Below the pieces are notes generated by a model. That model ran no database searches. It was not told the origin of the DNA and worked only from the letters and a program-made list of their open reading frames with translations. Source: Verrucomicrobiales bacterium (lineage in GTDB: Bacteria > Verrucomicrobiota > Verrucomicrobiia > Verrucomicrobiales > V1-33). From it: a stretch of DNA of 64,000 bases. Below, piece by piece: positions 27,161 to 36,325 of the stretch (position 1 is the stretch's first letter; every line of letters starts with the position of its first letter). The stretch is from contig JAGNEJ010000015.1 in NCBI GenBank assembly GCA_018003315.1, forward strand, positions 1,576 to 65,575. Reading direction: 5' to 3'. A program made the position numbers and the translations under genes.

Positions 27161-27781
27161 ATGCCATATCCCAACGAGCGAGTTCTTGTCGTCCGCCGCG
27201 CCCTGTTCGATGAACTCGGGGCTTTCCAGGGGCTTTGCGCCGACGTGCAACGCTACCTCCCCGCATTTCTTTCCGGTGAAAACAATTTCTTCCTGCTGCG
27301 CGACCTGGCGGAGGAGGACCCCTCGCACAAACAGATCATTCCCTATGCCCTGTTTCACCACGACGGGCGGCTGCTGCATTACGTCCGGGGGAAAAAATCC
27401 GGCGAACAGCGCCTGGCGGCAAAGGGCAGCCTGGGCATCGGCGGACACATCAATTCAGAGGATGCCGCCCAGGCATCCCTGGAACGCGACACCTACGTCA
27501 CCGGAGTGGACCGGGAAATGAACGAAGAGCTGCAGATCGGCAGCGGCTACCGGCAGCGCATCGTCGCCCTGCTCAATGACGATTCAAACCCGGTGGGCCA
27601 GGTGCATCTCGGAGTCGTTCATGTGTTTGACTTGGAATCCGATGCGGTTTCCCCCAACGAGAGCACCATCACCCAGTTGGAATTCCTCACCCGCGAGCAG
27701 CTTGCCGCACGGCGCGACCTCCTGGAAACCTGGAGCCAGATTTGTTTCGATCATTGGGATGAACTGGTGCGTGGCGGCTGA
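27161..27781 (+). CDS. NUDIX-like phosphoesterase (COG4112-like)
   Basis: In-frame ATG (MPYPNERVLVV) within ORF 26429..27781. KQIIPYALF...GSLGIGGHIN...REMNEEL resembles a degenerate Nudix box. Confidence 0.5.
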   Translation: MPYPNERVLVVRRALFDELGAFQGLCADVQRYLPAFLSGENNFFLLRDLAEEDPSHKQIIPYALFHHDGRLLHYVRGKKSGEQRLAAKGSLGIGGHINSEDAAQASLERDTYVTGVDREMNEELQIGSGYRQRIVALLNDDSNPVGQVHLGVVHVFDLESDAVSPNESTITQLEFLTREQLAARRDLLETWSQICFDHWDELVRGG

Positions 27782-27869
27782 AACGCATCGATGATGGCAG
27801 TCCGATCCCGCCTTGAAGAATCCGCAAAAAAGCGGTATGTTTTCCGTCCAAACGATCCCCATTTTCGCC

Positions 27870-28787
27870 ATGAAATCCCTGCCGGCCCTATTCCTTTTGT
27901 CCGTGGCAGCGCCGTTCCTGTTCAGTGCGCTCCAGGCTGCCGACAAAACCGATGCCCCTCCGCCGCATCCTCCCGCCGCGGAACAGAAAAAACCCGGATT
28001 TTTCAAGCGCCTGCTGGGCAGAGAGGAGCCCGCACCGGCAACTCCCGCACCAGTCGAGGCGACCGTCCCCAGGAAAACAGCCACGGCGTCCGCACGCAAC
28101 CAACCAAAGGTTGCCGCAACCAAACCAGCGCCAGCCCCGCCAGTCGAGCCTGCCAAACCAGGGTTTTTCAAACGCCTGCTCGGTAAGTCTGACAAAAAAT
28201 CGGATTCTCCCGCACCCGAAAAACCCGCTGTGGACGCCGCAGTCGCCAAGAAAACGCGAACCGCCGCGGCGGCGGGCAAACCGGTCGCGGCCGCTGCGGA
28301 CACCAAGGCGCAGACAGAACCTGAACCGGAAAAGAAACCGGGATTTTTCTCCCGCCTGTTCGGACCGCGCGCCGCGGAGGAATCGGCCAACGGCGATTCC
28401 GCAAAGCCCCCACGGCCAGCAGACTGGGAAAGCAAACAGGTGATCACCGAGGACGATGCTCCCATTTATGCCTACGGTCCGGCGCAGCCCACGGGTCCGG
28501 ATGAACGTCTGGCAAAAGGAACCATCGTCAGCATGAAGCAGGCGGGCAAATCCTGGAGCCGCATCACGTTGGAGGATGGCCGCAGTTTCATGATTGGCAC
28601 GGTGCAGATGCGCAAGGCACGGGAGTCGGATTTCTCCGAGCCCGAAAAGGCTGTCGCCGTCGGCCCGCTCAGTCCGGCGGAATACTTCGAGCCGCTGCCA
28701 CCGCCGAATCTTCCGGAAATGACGCCGGGCGATGCTCAGCCTTCCGGGGATCTGCTCATTCCACTGCCTCCGCTGCCTCCGCCATGA
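27870..28787 (+). CDS. exported hypothetical protein with three KKPGFFKRLLG-type amphipathic motifs and an SH3-like C-terminal region
   Basis: ORF 27813..28787 trimmed to MKSLPALFLLSVAAPFLFSALQA (signal peptide). Three motif copies are separated by Ala/Pro-rich linkers. The C-terminal GTIVSMKQAGKSWSRITLEDGRSFMIGTVQM is SH3b-like, and the tail is Pro-rich. Confidence 0.7.
   Translation: MKSLPALFLLSVAAPFLFSALQAADKTDAPPPHPPAAEQKKPGFFKRLLGREEPAPATPAPVEATVPRKTATASARNQPKVAATKPAPAPPVEPAKPGFFKRLLGKSDKKSDSPAPEKPAVDAAVAKKTRTAAAAGKPVAAAADTKAQTEPEPEKKPGFFSRLFGPRAAEESANGDSAKPPRPADWESKQVITEDDAPIYAYGPAQPTGPDERLAKGTIVSMKQAGKSWSRITLEDGRSFMIGTVQMRKARESDFSEPEKAVAVGPLSPAEYFEPLPPPNLPEMTPGDAQPSGDLLIPLPPLPPP
27987..28364 (+). 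repeat. three in-frame copies of a ~30-nt unit encoding K(K)PGFF(K/S)RL(L/F)G
   Basis: Copies at 27987..28019, 28155..28184 and 28332..28364 (aaaccsggrtttttc...). They are read directly from the DNA and from the translation. Confidence 0.85.
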
Positions 28788-29560
28788 TCCGGATTCTGCC
28801 CGGAGCCGCCAGCGCCCTGTTCCTGGCTCTGGCCGCAGCACGGGCCAACCCACCCGGCCCGCACACTGCCGTTCCCGCTTCCTGCGGGCAACTGGTCGTC
28901 GCCCTTGCCGACACCTGGAACAGCAGCCGCGGACAGTTGCTGACATTTGTCAGAAAAAATGCGGCAGCCCCCTGGCAACCGGACATGGATGCGCCGGTTC
29001 CAGTGCTCTTTGGGCGCAGCGGGCTCGCCTGGGGGCGGGGAGTCATTCCCGTTCCCCACGGGCAGAATGGCATTCCCAGCAAGCGGGAAAAGGACTTTCG
29101 CACTCCCGCCGGGTGCTTCCGCATCGGCACCCTCTACGGCTACGCCACACAGCCTCCGCAGGGAGTGGTGCTGCCCTACCACCACGTCACCGCGCGGGAC
29201 TGCTGGGTGGATGATCCCGCCAGCGCCTTTTACAATCGCCATGTGGAGATCGATCCCGGCAATCCTCCGCCCTGGCATGAAAAGCAGCGGATGCGCCTCG
29301 GGGATTTCGCCTACGAATGGCTGCTGGAAATCCGGCACAATGCCGACCCGCCGGTTCCCGGTGCGGGCAGCGCCATTTTTTTCCATATCCGCCGCGGACC
29401 GGACCGCCCTTCCGCGGGATGCATCACCATGGCCAGGAACGATCTGGTGCAGTTGCTCGCCCGGCTGCGTCCCCGACTCCAGCCGCATGGCATCTTCCTT
29501 CCCAAAGCGGAATTTGCCGTGCGGCAAAATCCGTGGGGCCTGCCGGCGTGGAAACCATGA
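28784..29560 (+). CDS. L,D-transpeptidase-family protein (YkuD-like catalytic domain), exported
   Basis: Start overlaps the upstream stop (ATGA). Signal-like MIRILPGAASALFLALAAARA. Catalytic-looking motif SAIFFHIRRGPDRPSAGCITM (His ... Gly-Cys). Confidence 0.65.
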   Translation: MIRILPGAASALFLALAAARANPPGPHTAVPASCGQLVVALADTWNSSRGQLLTFVRKNAAAPWQPDMDAPVPVLFGRSGLAWGRGVIPVPHGQNGIPSKREKDFRTPAGCFRIGTLYGYATQPPQGVVLPYHHVTARDCWVDDPASAFYNRHVEIDPGNPPPWHEKQRMRLGDFAYEWLLEIRHNADPPVPGAGSAIFFHIRRGPDRPSAGCITMARNDLVQLLARLRPRLQPHGIFLPKAEFAVRQNPWGLPAWKP

Positions 29561-29603
29561 ATCCGCACCAACCATTTCGAAGCACCCATCCCCTTTTTCC
29601 ACC

Positions 29604-30020
29604 ATGCACCGCTTTGTCACCTCTGCTGAAGTCCACCACGGGGACTTTCCGTGGTGTCATGTCGAATGGATGTCGAATCCTGAAATTGTCGGAGCCCGGG
29701 AATTGCTGTTGGTGCGCGCCACCTTTCCACCGCGGGAAGCGCATCAATTCCACCAGCACCCCGCCAGGGAGGAAATCATCTACGTGCTGGAAGGACAGGC
29801 TGAACAGTGGGTCGGTGCGGACAAGCGCCTGCTGTGCGCAGGCGAAATGGCCCACATTCCAGCGGGCACACCGCACATGACGTTCAACCCAGGGCCGACT
29901 GAACTCAAGTTTCTCGCCATCCTCAGTCCGGTGGAAGCCCCCGGCGCATTCACCGTCGATGTCTTCAACGAGGAGCCGTGGCGCACGCTTTTTCCGCCGA
30001 TTCCCTATCCAGGACAATAG
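29604..30020 (+). CDS. cupin-domain protein
   Basis: In-frame ATG (MHRFVTSAEV) in ORF 28947..30020. Cupin motifs: HQFHQHPAREEIIYVLEG (motif 1) and GEMAHIPAGTPH (motif 2). Confidence 0.75.
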   Translation: MHRFVTSAEVHHGDFPWCHVEWMSNPEIVGARELLLVRATFPPREAHQFHQHPAREEIIYVLEGQAEQWVGADKRLLCAGEMAHIPAGTPHMTFNPGPTELKFLAILSPVEAPGAFTVDVFNEEPWRTLFPPIPYPGQ

Positions 30021-30104
30021 CGGCGGGGCGCGGTGTTCGCCGCGCCGCTGGTCATTCCTCTTGCGATTCCCGCGCCAGCCCGTAGAAAAGCACCTCCCTC
30101 CCTG

Positions 30105-30190
30105 GCCGATGTGGCGGAACCGGTAGACGCAACGGACTTAAAATCCGTTGGTGGGCAACCACCGTGCGGGTTCGATCCCCGCCGTCGGCA
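30105..30190 (+). tRNA. tRNA-Leu (anticodon TAA)
   Basis: Acceptor GCCGATG/CGTCGGC (one G-U pair), anticodon stem ACGGA/TCCGT with loop CTTAAAA, a long variable arm (GGTGGGCAACCACC) and T-loop TTCGATC. No encoded CCA. Confidence 0.9.
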
Positions 30191-30221
30191 CCTTGTGACC
30201 GCAGCCGCTGCTGCGTCCCGC

Positions 30222-33083
30222 CTATGGCAGCACCCGGAAGAAGGCGCGCGGCCGGTCAATGCGGATGCGCCAGGGGCTGGTCACGTCCGGGCGGGGGATC
30301 CAGAAGAGGAGATCGGTGCTCTGCTGGGGCCGCAGTTGGCCGTTCCAGAGAATGTGCAGCGCGCCGTCGAAGGTGGCGGTCATGGCGGCGGCGGGTGGGG
30401 CGACGGGCACTGCGAGCAATTCGGCATTGAAGCTGATGTCGCTGGTGCTGCTGCTGATCTGGTGCACCTCCACGGCGATGGTGTTCTCCCCGGCGAGGAG
30501 CAGATTCGGCGTCGCCGCCATCGTCCAGGTGCGCTGGAAGAAGGTGTCTTCATCGGCGTTGCTCTGGGCGCTGCTGGCGGAGGTGGCATAGGTGATGACG
30601 GTGGGCGCAGCGGGCATGTTGGAGCGCCACACTTCTGCGCCATTGAGATAAGCCACCGCACCGTCGTCGCGCTGCAGGTGGAGCGTCACCGACGTGAAGG
30701 CCGCGGGGTCGGCCACGGTGAATTTCCGGCGAAAATAATAGGTGTTCTTCTTGCTGACACTGTTGGCGGTGAGGTTGGTGACTTCATCGCCGTCACCGAA
30801 GCCGAATTCGGCATTTCCCTGGAGCCAGGCGGAGTCATTGTAGCCCGGCGTGGTCCAGGCGGCAGCACCGATGTCCCCCGCGTTGTAATAACGCCAGGAA
30901 CCGCCCCGCGCGAACAGGGTGACGGTGCCGGCGGCGCTGGAATGGAACGTGGTGAAATGCAGCGCACTGATGCCGGTGGATTCACAGACGCCCGCCTGCC
31001 CATCCACCACCAAGGCCGCCCACGGCCAGGCCGTGTGCGGCGCGCTGAGTGCCGGCAGGGTCAGTTGCGTCACCGACTGGCCGGCCTCAATGTTCACCGT
31101 GCCGCTGGCCGCCACCACCTCGGCGGCGCCGGCCTCATGGCCGCTGCGCACGACAACGCGCCACGGCAGGGCAATGGCTGCGGTGGCGGGCCGGTCCAGA
31201 TGCACCGTGACTTCGCCGCCGTAGGCATCCCGCGCATTCTGCGGCTCGCGGCCGGTGAGTCCGAAGCCGCGGGGCATGGCGGCAAAACTGATGAGCGGCG
31301 CAATGGCCGTGCCGTCCGTGGCAGGATTGAACAGCGTGTTCTGGGGATGATGGGAATTGGGCGCGCTCAAGCGGTTGTTTTCGATCGTCATCCGATCCGA
31401 GCGATAGGTCCAGGAATCCCATTCCATGCCCCACACGTCGCGGAAATTGCCAATCAGCGTGGAGTTCCGCACCGTGAGCCAGCCGGGATAGTCCCAGTCG
31501 TAATTGTCCCCAAAGCGCGCCCCGGTGGCATTTTCCATGAACAGACAGCCCGTGGCGGTGACCTGCGGCCCCTGGGAACTGCCGCCGAACCCGGCCTCCA
31601 CCCCCTGGCCGCTGTTGATGGACACAGTATTGTTGACGGTTACGATGCGGGAGGGATTTCCGTCGCAGCTCCACGCCATGGCTTCGTGCCAGCAGGCATC
31701 AATCCAGCAGCCGTCGATGAGAATGGTGCCGCCTGCGCCGCTGCCGGCATCGAGCCCGTCATCCTTGCAGTTGCTGAACACGCTGCGCAAAATTTCGTTC
31801 GTCCCGCGGGTCATGTAGAGCCCGTCGTTGTCGTCGTCCTCAAACAGGCCGTTGTCCACGCCGCACTCCACAAAGTGACTCTCCACCACCCGCACACGCC
31901 CTCCATCTATCTGGCCGCCGGAAACCGTGCGCTGCGTGAGACAGCGCGTCAGGGTGATGTTGGAGTCGTCTCCGTGGAAGGACTGGCCCGGCTGGTTGTT
32001 GATGAGATAACAATCCGTCAGCGTCACTGTTGTGGTGCTCGGCAGGCCGGAAAACGTCACCACCGGTTGATTCACGTGGTGCCCGCCGAAATCATGCGGA
32101 GCCTCGCTCAGCCAGTTCGAGTCCTCGCAGGCTCCGGTCAGGATCGTGCCGGTCATGTCCAAGTCGCCCGAGGCATCGCGCACCCAGATGCCGCCCCATT
32201 TCGCGCCCTCCGCAGCCGGATAAAAGTAAACCGGATTGGCCGTCGTTCCGTTGACGACCATGGTCCCCGCTACCTCAATGTCCACGCCGGCAGCCAGCCG
32301 GACCAGCGTTCCCTCGCCGATCGTTAGGGAGGCGCCTGCATTCACCGTCAGGTTTCCGTTGATATGGAGAAAGGAATTGGCCGGCACGAGGGTGGCGCTG
32401 CTCACGGTGCCGCTCAGGGTCGTCCACGCGGGACTGGCCACGCACTGCACGGAGCGGGTCTCCTTTGCGCCCGCAGAGTTGAATCCCACCACCAGCGACT
32501 TTGCCCCGCCGGTGGTGAAAGCGGGGAACAGTCCGAAACCCGCACCGCGATAAAGCCGGTGCGCCAGGGATGCTCCGTTCGGTTCGTAGGTCAGGGCCGT
32601 GCCGTTCACCTTTGCGATCTGTCCGCCGCCATCGGTGAGCCTGACAATGACTGGCAGTGCCACTCCCTGGGGAATCCGCTGCGGCATCACAAACAGCGCC
32701 GTCGCCGCATTGAGCACTGCTGCGGGCGCATCCGTCTGCGGCACCGGCACCCAGGTGGGCAGGCCGTTGTCCGCTCCGCCCCCATTCCGTCCTGCGGCAT
32801 CCTGGATGATGTATTGATAGAGCGCCGTCTCCGTCGCGCCTCCTGCGGTCGGCGTTTTGCTGATGCTCAGTTCGTGGTAACCGGGTGCTCGCGACGTGTA
32901 GGCTGCACCCGCCGGGATGCCCACCCCGTCCAGCAGGCAGACCGTGGTGAAGCCGACTTCGCTCACCACCGTGAACGTCACCTGGTTGTCGTATTCGGTT
33001 TCATCGGTGAGTCCGTTGACGGTGATCACCGCACACAACGGCGCAGTGGTGGCCGCCAGAAAAAGGAACGGGAGGAGTTTCAT
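30222..33083 (-). CDS. exported right-handed beta-helix protein with Calx-beta-like and C-terminal jelly-roll-like domains
   Basis: ORF 30222..33461 trimmed to MKLLPFLFLAATTAPLCA. The central region has parallel beta-helix style repeats (NNTVSINSGQGVEAG, NSTLIGN). The C-terminal GGSWRYYNAG...WTTPGYNDSAWLQGNAEFGFGDGDE...YYFRRKFTV...DDGAVAYLNGAEVWRSNMP is a pattern I associate with extracellular lectin-like modules. Confidence 0.75.
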   Translation of the reverse strand: MKLLPFLFLAATTAPLCAVITVNGLTDETEYDNQVTFTVVSEVGFTTVCLLDGVGIPAGAAYTSRAPGYHELSISKTPTAGGATETALYQYIIQDAAGRNGGGADNGLPTWVPVPQTDAPAAVLNAATALFVMPQRIPQGVALPVIVRLTDGGGQIAKVNGTALTYEPNGASLAHRLYRGAGFGLFPAFTTGGAKSLVVGFNSAGAKETRSVQCVASPAWTTLSGTVSSATLVPANSFLHINGNLTVNAGASLTIGEGTLVRLAAGVDIEVAGTMVVNGTTANPVYFYPAAEGAKWGGIWVRDASGDLDMTGTILTGACEDSNWLSEAPHDFGGHHVNQPVVTFSGLPSTTTVTLTDCYLINNQPGQSFHGDDSNITLTRCLTQRTVSGGQIDGGRVRVVESHFVECGVDNGLFEDDDNDGLYMTRGTNEILRSVFSNCKDDGLDAGSGAGGTILIDGCWIDACWHEAMAWSCDGNPSRIVTVNNTVSINSGQGVEAGFGGSSQGPQVTATGCLFMENATGARFGDNYDWDYPGWLTVRNSTLIGNFRDVWGMEWDSWTYRSDRMTIENNRLSAPNSHHPQNTLFNPATDGTAIAPLISFAAMPRGFGLTGREPQNARDAYGGEVTVHLDRPATAAIALPWRVVVRSGHEAGAAEVVAASGTVNIEAGQSVTQLTLPALSAPHTAWPWAALVVDGQAGVCESTGISALHFTTFHSSAAGTVTLFARGGSWRYYNAGDIGAAAWTTPGYNDSAWLQGNAEFGFGDGDEVTNLTANSVSKKNTYYFRRKFTVADPAAFTSVTLHLQRDDGAVAYLNGAEVWRSNMPAAPTVITYATSASSAQSNADEDTFFQRTWTMAATPNLLLAGENTIAVEVHQISSSTSDISFNAELLAVPVAPPAAAMTATFDGALHILWNGQLRPQQSTDLLFWIPRPDVTSPWRIRIDRPRAFFRVLP

Positions 33084-33180
33084 GGGGAATGGGATCGGGG
33101 GGGGAATATGGCCGACAAGAAAGCGCGAAAACACGCGTTCGGCAAGGGATCGCGCACCACGCTCAAGCGGTAACCCTGCA

Positions 33181-33942
33181 TCACCTGCGCACTGGTTCGG
33201 TGCGGACAAAGGCCTGCCTCCAGTCCCGGGCCCCGGGCGGACCTTCCAGGATGAGGGTGTCGAGGGTAACGATGGTGGCTGGAAGGCGGTTGCGGTATGC
33301 CACCAGGGTGAGTGCGAAGCTGGCGGAAGGTGCACCGCTTTGCGGCCGTCCCGCCCACATCCAGTTGGGGCCGCTGAGCCGAATGCCGCGCAGCCGCCAG
33401 CCGCTGGCCAGCGGCGCTGGTTGGAGTCGGGCATCGGTGAACATGTAAAAGGTGTTGGCAATCTGGGGAATCGCCCATCCCGCAGCAGGGCGCAGCTGCA
33501 TCATGCGGGGACCGTCCACTTCAGAAGTGACGATGTTTGGAAATTGCCGGGCCTGGGTGTGGAGGCCATCGAGCGCCCCGATCCCTCCCGCCGGACTGAA
33601 CCGGTAGCCCTGGGTCCGTGCGACCGCGGTGGCTTCGGCGCCGGGGATGCGAAATATGGGGCCGTGCGGCGCCGGGGATGCAGATTTTGTTATCCCAATT
33701 CGCGAAGGAGTCCGAGTGGCGGGCAAAACGGGTCGTGCCGGGAGTTTTGCCTTGGCAGCGTCCTCGGCCGGTGCTTCTCCTGGCGGTTGTGGCGGTTGCT
33801 CGGGAGAAAATTCCGAGGCACCGGACGCGACGGACGATTCAGCGTTGTTAGGTTCCACTGTTTCCTCGCCGCCTGCCCGTGGCGGCAGGGCGCAAACGCA
33901 GCCCAAAAGCGCCGCCCCGCAGGTTGCCAGGAAGGATTTCAT
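33181..33942 (-). CDS. exported hypothetical protein
   Basis: 253 aa with lipoprotein-like N-terminus MKSFLATCGAALLGCVC. No family recognised. Same strand as its neighbours and closely spaced with them. Confidence 0.55.
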   Translation of the reverse strand: MKSFLATCGAALLGCVCALPPRAGGEETVEPNNAESSVASGASEFSPEQPPQPPGEAPAEDAAKAKLPARPVLPATRTPSRIGITKSASPAPHGPIFRIPGAEATAVARTQGYRFSPAGGIGALDGLHTQARQFPNIVTSEVDGPRMMQLRPAAGWAIPQIANTFYMFTDARLQPAPLASGWRLRGIRLSGPNWMWAGRPQSGAPSASFALTLVAYRNRLPATIVTLDTLILEGPPGARDWRQAFVRTEPVRR

Positions 33943-33981
33943 GGTGCGGTCGGGGCGGACAGGCCAACGGTTGGCCTGCGC

Positions 33982-35994
33982 TCAGGTCAGAAACGGTTGA
34001 GCCCAGGGCGGCGGCGGTTCCAGTTCCTGGGGTGCGACCGGCGCTGCCTGCTGAGCCGCGGCGGGAAGCCAGCCGGGTGCCGTCACCGGGTCCGGCACAA
34101 ATGTTCCGCCGTCTGCCGTGAGGAAACTGAACGGGGCCACCTGAGATGCCGAAACCGCAGCAAACGGTGCGCCATTGAAGTGGGAGCTGGGGATCGCCTG
34201 GAATGGGGATGCCTGGGGGGCGGTGGACGGTTCCGGTAACGCGGAAACGGCGGCAAACGGTGAAGCAGAAGACGGAACCGCCGCAGCCACCGGCGGTGGA
34301 ACCGCACGCTGAACCGCGGCAGCGATCACGGCGGGCGATGCTGCTGGAGGCGGCGGTGGTGGTGACGGCACCGCGGCGGGCGGGTTCCCCGGTGCCGCCG
34401 CCATCGGCGTAACCAAGGTGAATGGCGACTGCGGAACTGCCGGTGGCACCGGAGTCTGCTGCGCGGCGGCAGCAAATGTCTCTTGAGCTGGAATCCCGGC
34501 GGCCACGCTGGGTCGCAATGCCGACGCAGTAAAATGGCCCGGCTGGCTGGAAGCCTGGAAAACCGGTTGAAAGGCGGCGGGCTCTGCGTGCTGGAATGGC
34601 CGTGGTGGCATGGCAGGATGCGCGGGTGCCGCCGGCTCCATGGCTTGCAGCGGCGGGCTTGGCGTGACCCCCTGAGGATGCTGCTGGGCAAAGGCCTGCG
34701 CCAGCACGGCGTTGAATTGCGCCACGCGCTGCAAATCAGATGGGTTCACGGACGGCGGGATTGGGGCCGCAACGGGTGCCTGAATGGCACCCGCCGCCGC
34801 TGAATGGGTTTGGCTGCTGTTGCCATTTCGCCCGGTGACGACGGGTGTCGCCGGCATTCCTCCACTTGGAGTGCCGGAGGGCTGCTGGACAAAGGCAGCC
34901 ACACTCTGCTTGAACTCGCCGAGGAGTTTTTCAAACGCTCCGTCCACAGACTGCCGCGTCTCCGCCAGGGCCTTGGCAAATGCCCCCACCAGTTGCTGCA
35001 ATCCGGCTGCGCTCGTTCCAGCCCTGGGTGCCGCAGCCGGGTCCGCCGGACTGGCAGGCCGCGGCGGGGGGGCGGCAGTCTTTTCCCCACCCACCCAATG
35101 GCCCGGGACGACGACAGGAGGCTGCGGGTGCAGGCTGGTCGGTGCCGCGGACATTGCCGTCATGAGCGGGGCCGTGGTCCGGTGGGGAAGGGATTCGATT
35201 TGCGAGTGCTCCATTTCAGAAAATGGAAGATCTTCCGGAAATGCAGGCAATCCATCGTGGCTGGAATCTATCGGTCTCATCGTTTCAGTTGGGTTTGGTG
35301 CAGTAGGTATGGCTTTTGAAATCATGGAGGGTGGGCTGGGAGCGCGGGATTCCTGGAAAATCGTCGGTGGGGCACTTTCTGGAATTATGTCTGCAGCCTG
35401 GAGCGGTGGCCACGTCGGCGGACCGAGGGGCACCATCGCCGAGGGCGCAAAGGCCACTGGCGCGTGAAAAGACGACGGCGCGGCGGCGGGAGCAGGGACC
35501 AACTCGACTGGAGGACCGGCGGCCGGTGGAAGGTCTGCCTTCTTCGGCGGCAAAAACACCGATTCCGGAAGGGAATCCGCCGCATTGCCAAAGACCGTGT
35601 CCCCGCCCGAACGGCACTGGCAAACGCTAAAGCAGTGCATGCAATGATAGGCGGGCGAGGTCAGGATCTCCCACGCCACCTGACGACTGCGGCTGAAACC
35701 GAGAAATTTTCGCGCTCCCGGATGCTTTCCGTGCCCGCTGCCGCCAAACACCGGCGCACCGCATACCCGGCAGGTCTGGGCCTGGGCGACGATGCTCTGG
35801 ACGACCACAATGATGAGCACCAGACAGGCCGCTCCCGCCACCAACGGCCAGGACAACGAACCACCCAGCCAGTAAGCCAGCGGCACTCCCACAAAATACG
35901 CCGCCACCGCTCCCCAACTGACAAACGCAAGCCACGCCGCCAAATGCAGCCGCCTGTTGCGCGAGTGGGTCGCCCGCATGTCCGTCGTGGTCAT
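33982..35994 (-). CDS. hypothetical membrane protein with Cys-rich (zinc-ribbon-like) juxtamembrane segment and ~500-aa Pro/Ala-rich low-complexity region
   Basis: 670 aa. Two N-terminal TM helices, then CRVCGAPVF...YHCMHCFSVCQC, then extended P/A/S-rich sequence. Confidence 0.6.
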   Translation of the reverse strand: MTTTDMRATHSRNRRLHLAAWLAFVSWGAVAAYFVGVPLAYWLGGSLSWPLVAGAACLVLIIVVVQSIVAQAQTCRVCGAPVFGGSGHGKHPGARKFLGFSRSRQVAWEILTSPAYHCMHCFSVCQCRSGGDTVFGNAADSLPESVFLPPKKADLPPAAGPPVELVPAPAAAPSSFHAPVAFAPSAMVPLGPPTWPPLQAADIIPESAPPTIFQESRAPSPPSMISKAIPTAPNPTETMRPIDSSHDGLPAFPEDLPFSEMEHSQIESLPHRTTAPLMTAMSAAPTSLHPQPPVVVPGHWVGGEKTAAPPPRPASPADPAAAPRAGTSAAGLQQLVGAFAKALAETRQSVDGAFEKLLGEFKQSVAAFVQQPSGTPSGGMPATPVVTGRNGNSSQTHSAAAGAIQAPVAAPIPPSVNPSDLQRVAQFNAVLAQAFAQQHPQGVTPSPPLQAMEPAAPAHPAMPPRPFQHAEPAAFQPVFQASSQPGHFTASALRPSVAAGIPAQETFAAAAQQTPVPPAVPQSPFTLVTPMAAAPGNPPAAVPSPPPPPPAASPAVIAAAVQRAVPPPVAAAVPSSASPFAAVSALPEPSTAPQASPFQAIPSSHFNGAPFAAVSASQVAPFSFLTADGGTFVPDPVTAPGWLPAAAQQAAPVAPQELEPPPPWAQPFLT

Positions 35995-36092
35995 CGGTTG
36001 TAGTGAAAAATGAGCCTTCCAGTTTCACTTTCAGACTCCAAATAACATGGGTTCAATAGTTACCATAATTGATCATTCACTTCACTCAAGTT

Positions 36093-36122
36093 GAATTTCC
36101 GATTATTTCTGGAAATATTGAT
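36093..36122. repeat. short motif copy 1 (gaatttccgat-tatttctggaaatattgat)
   Basis: Its reverse complement aligns with 41922..41952 (shared atcggaaattc, ccag and aatatt blocks). It forms a 10-bp inverted repeat (AATTTCCGAT/ATCGGAAATT) with copy 2. Confidence 0.3.
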
Positions 36123-36306
36123 AAAATTGAGGATTTGAGAACTACGTCTGGATGGTGGTTTCCACGCATTGCGGCTCAAAGCGTTGATTCCGCATCAGGG
36201 CTTGCCAGTCTGGCGAGGCAAGGCGCTGATGGAGCAAATAGGCCAGGGCCTGGCGCGGGTTGCTCTCGAAGGTTTCCATCGATTTGACAAAAAACATGCG
36301 AGGCAA

Positions 36307-36325
36307 TCTATCGGAAATTGCGCCA
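36307..36325. repeat. short motif copy 2 (tctatcggaaatt-gcgcca)
   Basis: Matches 41939..41961 (tctatcggaaattCGTTgcgcca) at 19 positions with one 4-nt indel. It overlaps the putative TTG start of the recombinase gene. Confidence 0.3.

Noticed and set aside
30033-32327. 764-aa plus-strand ORF
   Set aside because: It reads straight through tRNA-Leu (30105..30190) and is antisense to the beta-helix protein gene. Its sequence is Gly/Arg/Ala-rich with no motifs.
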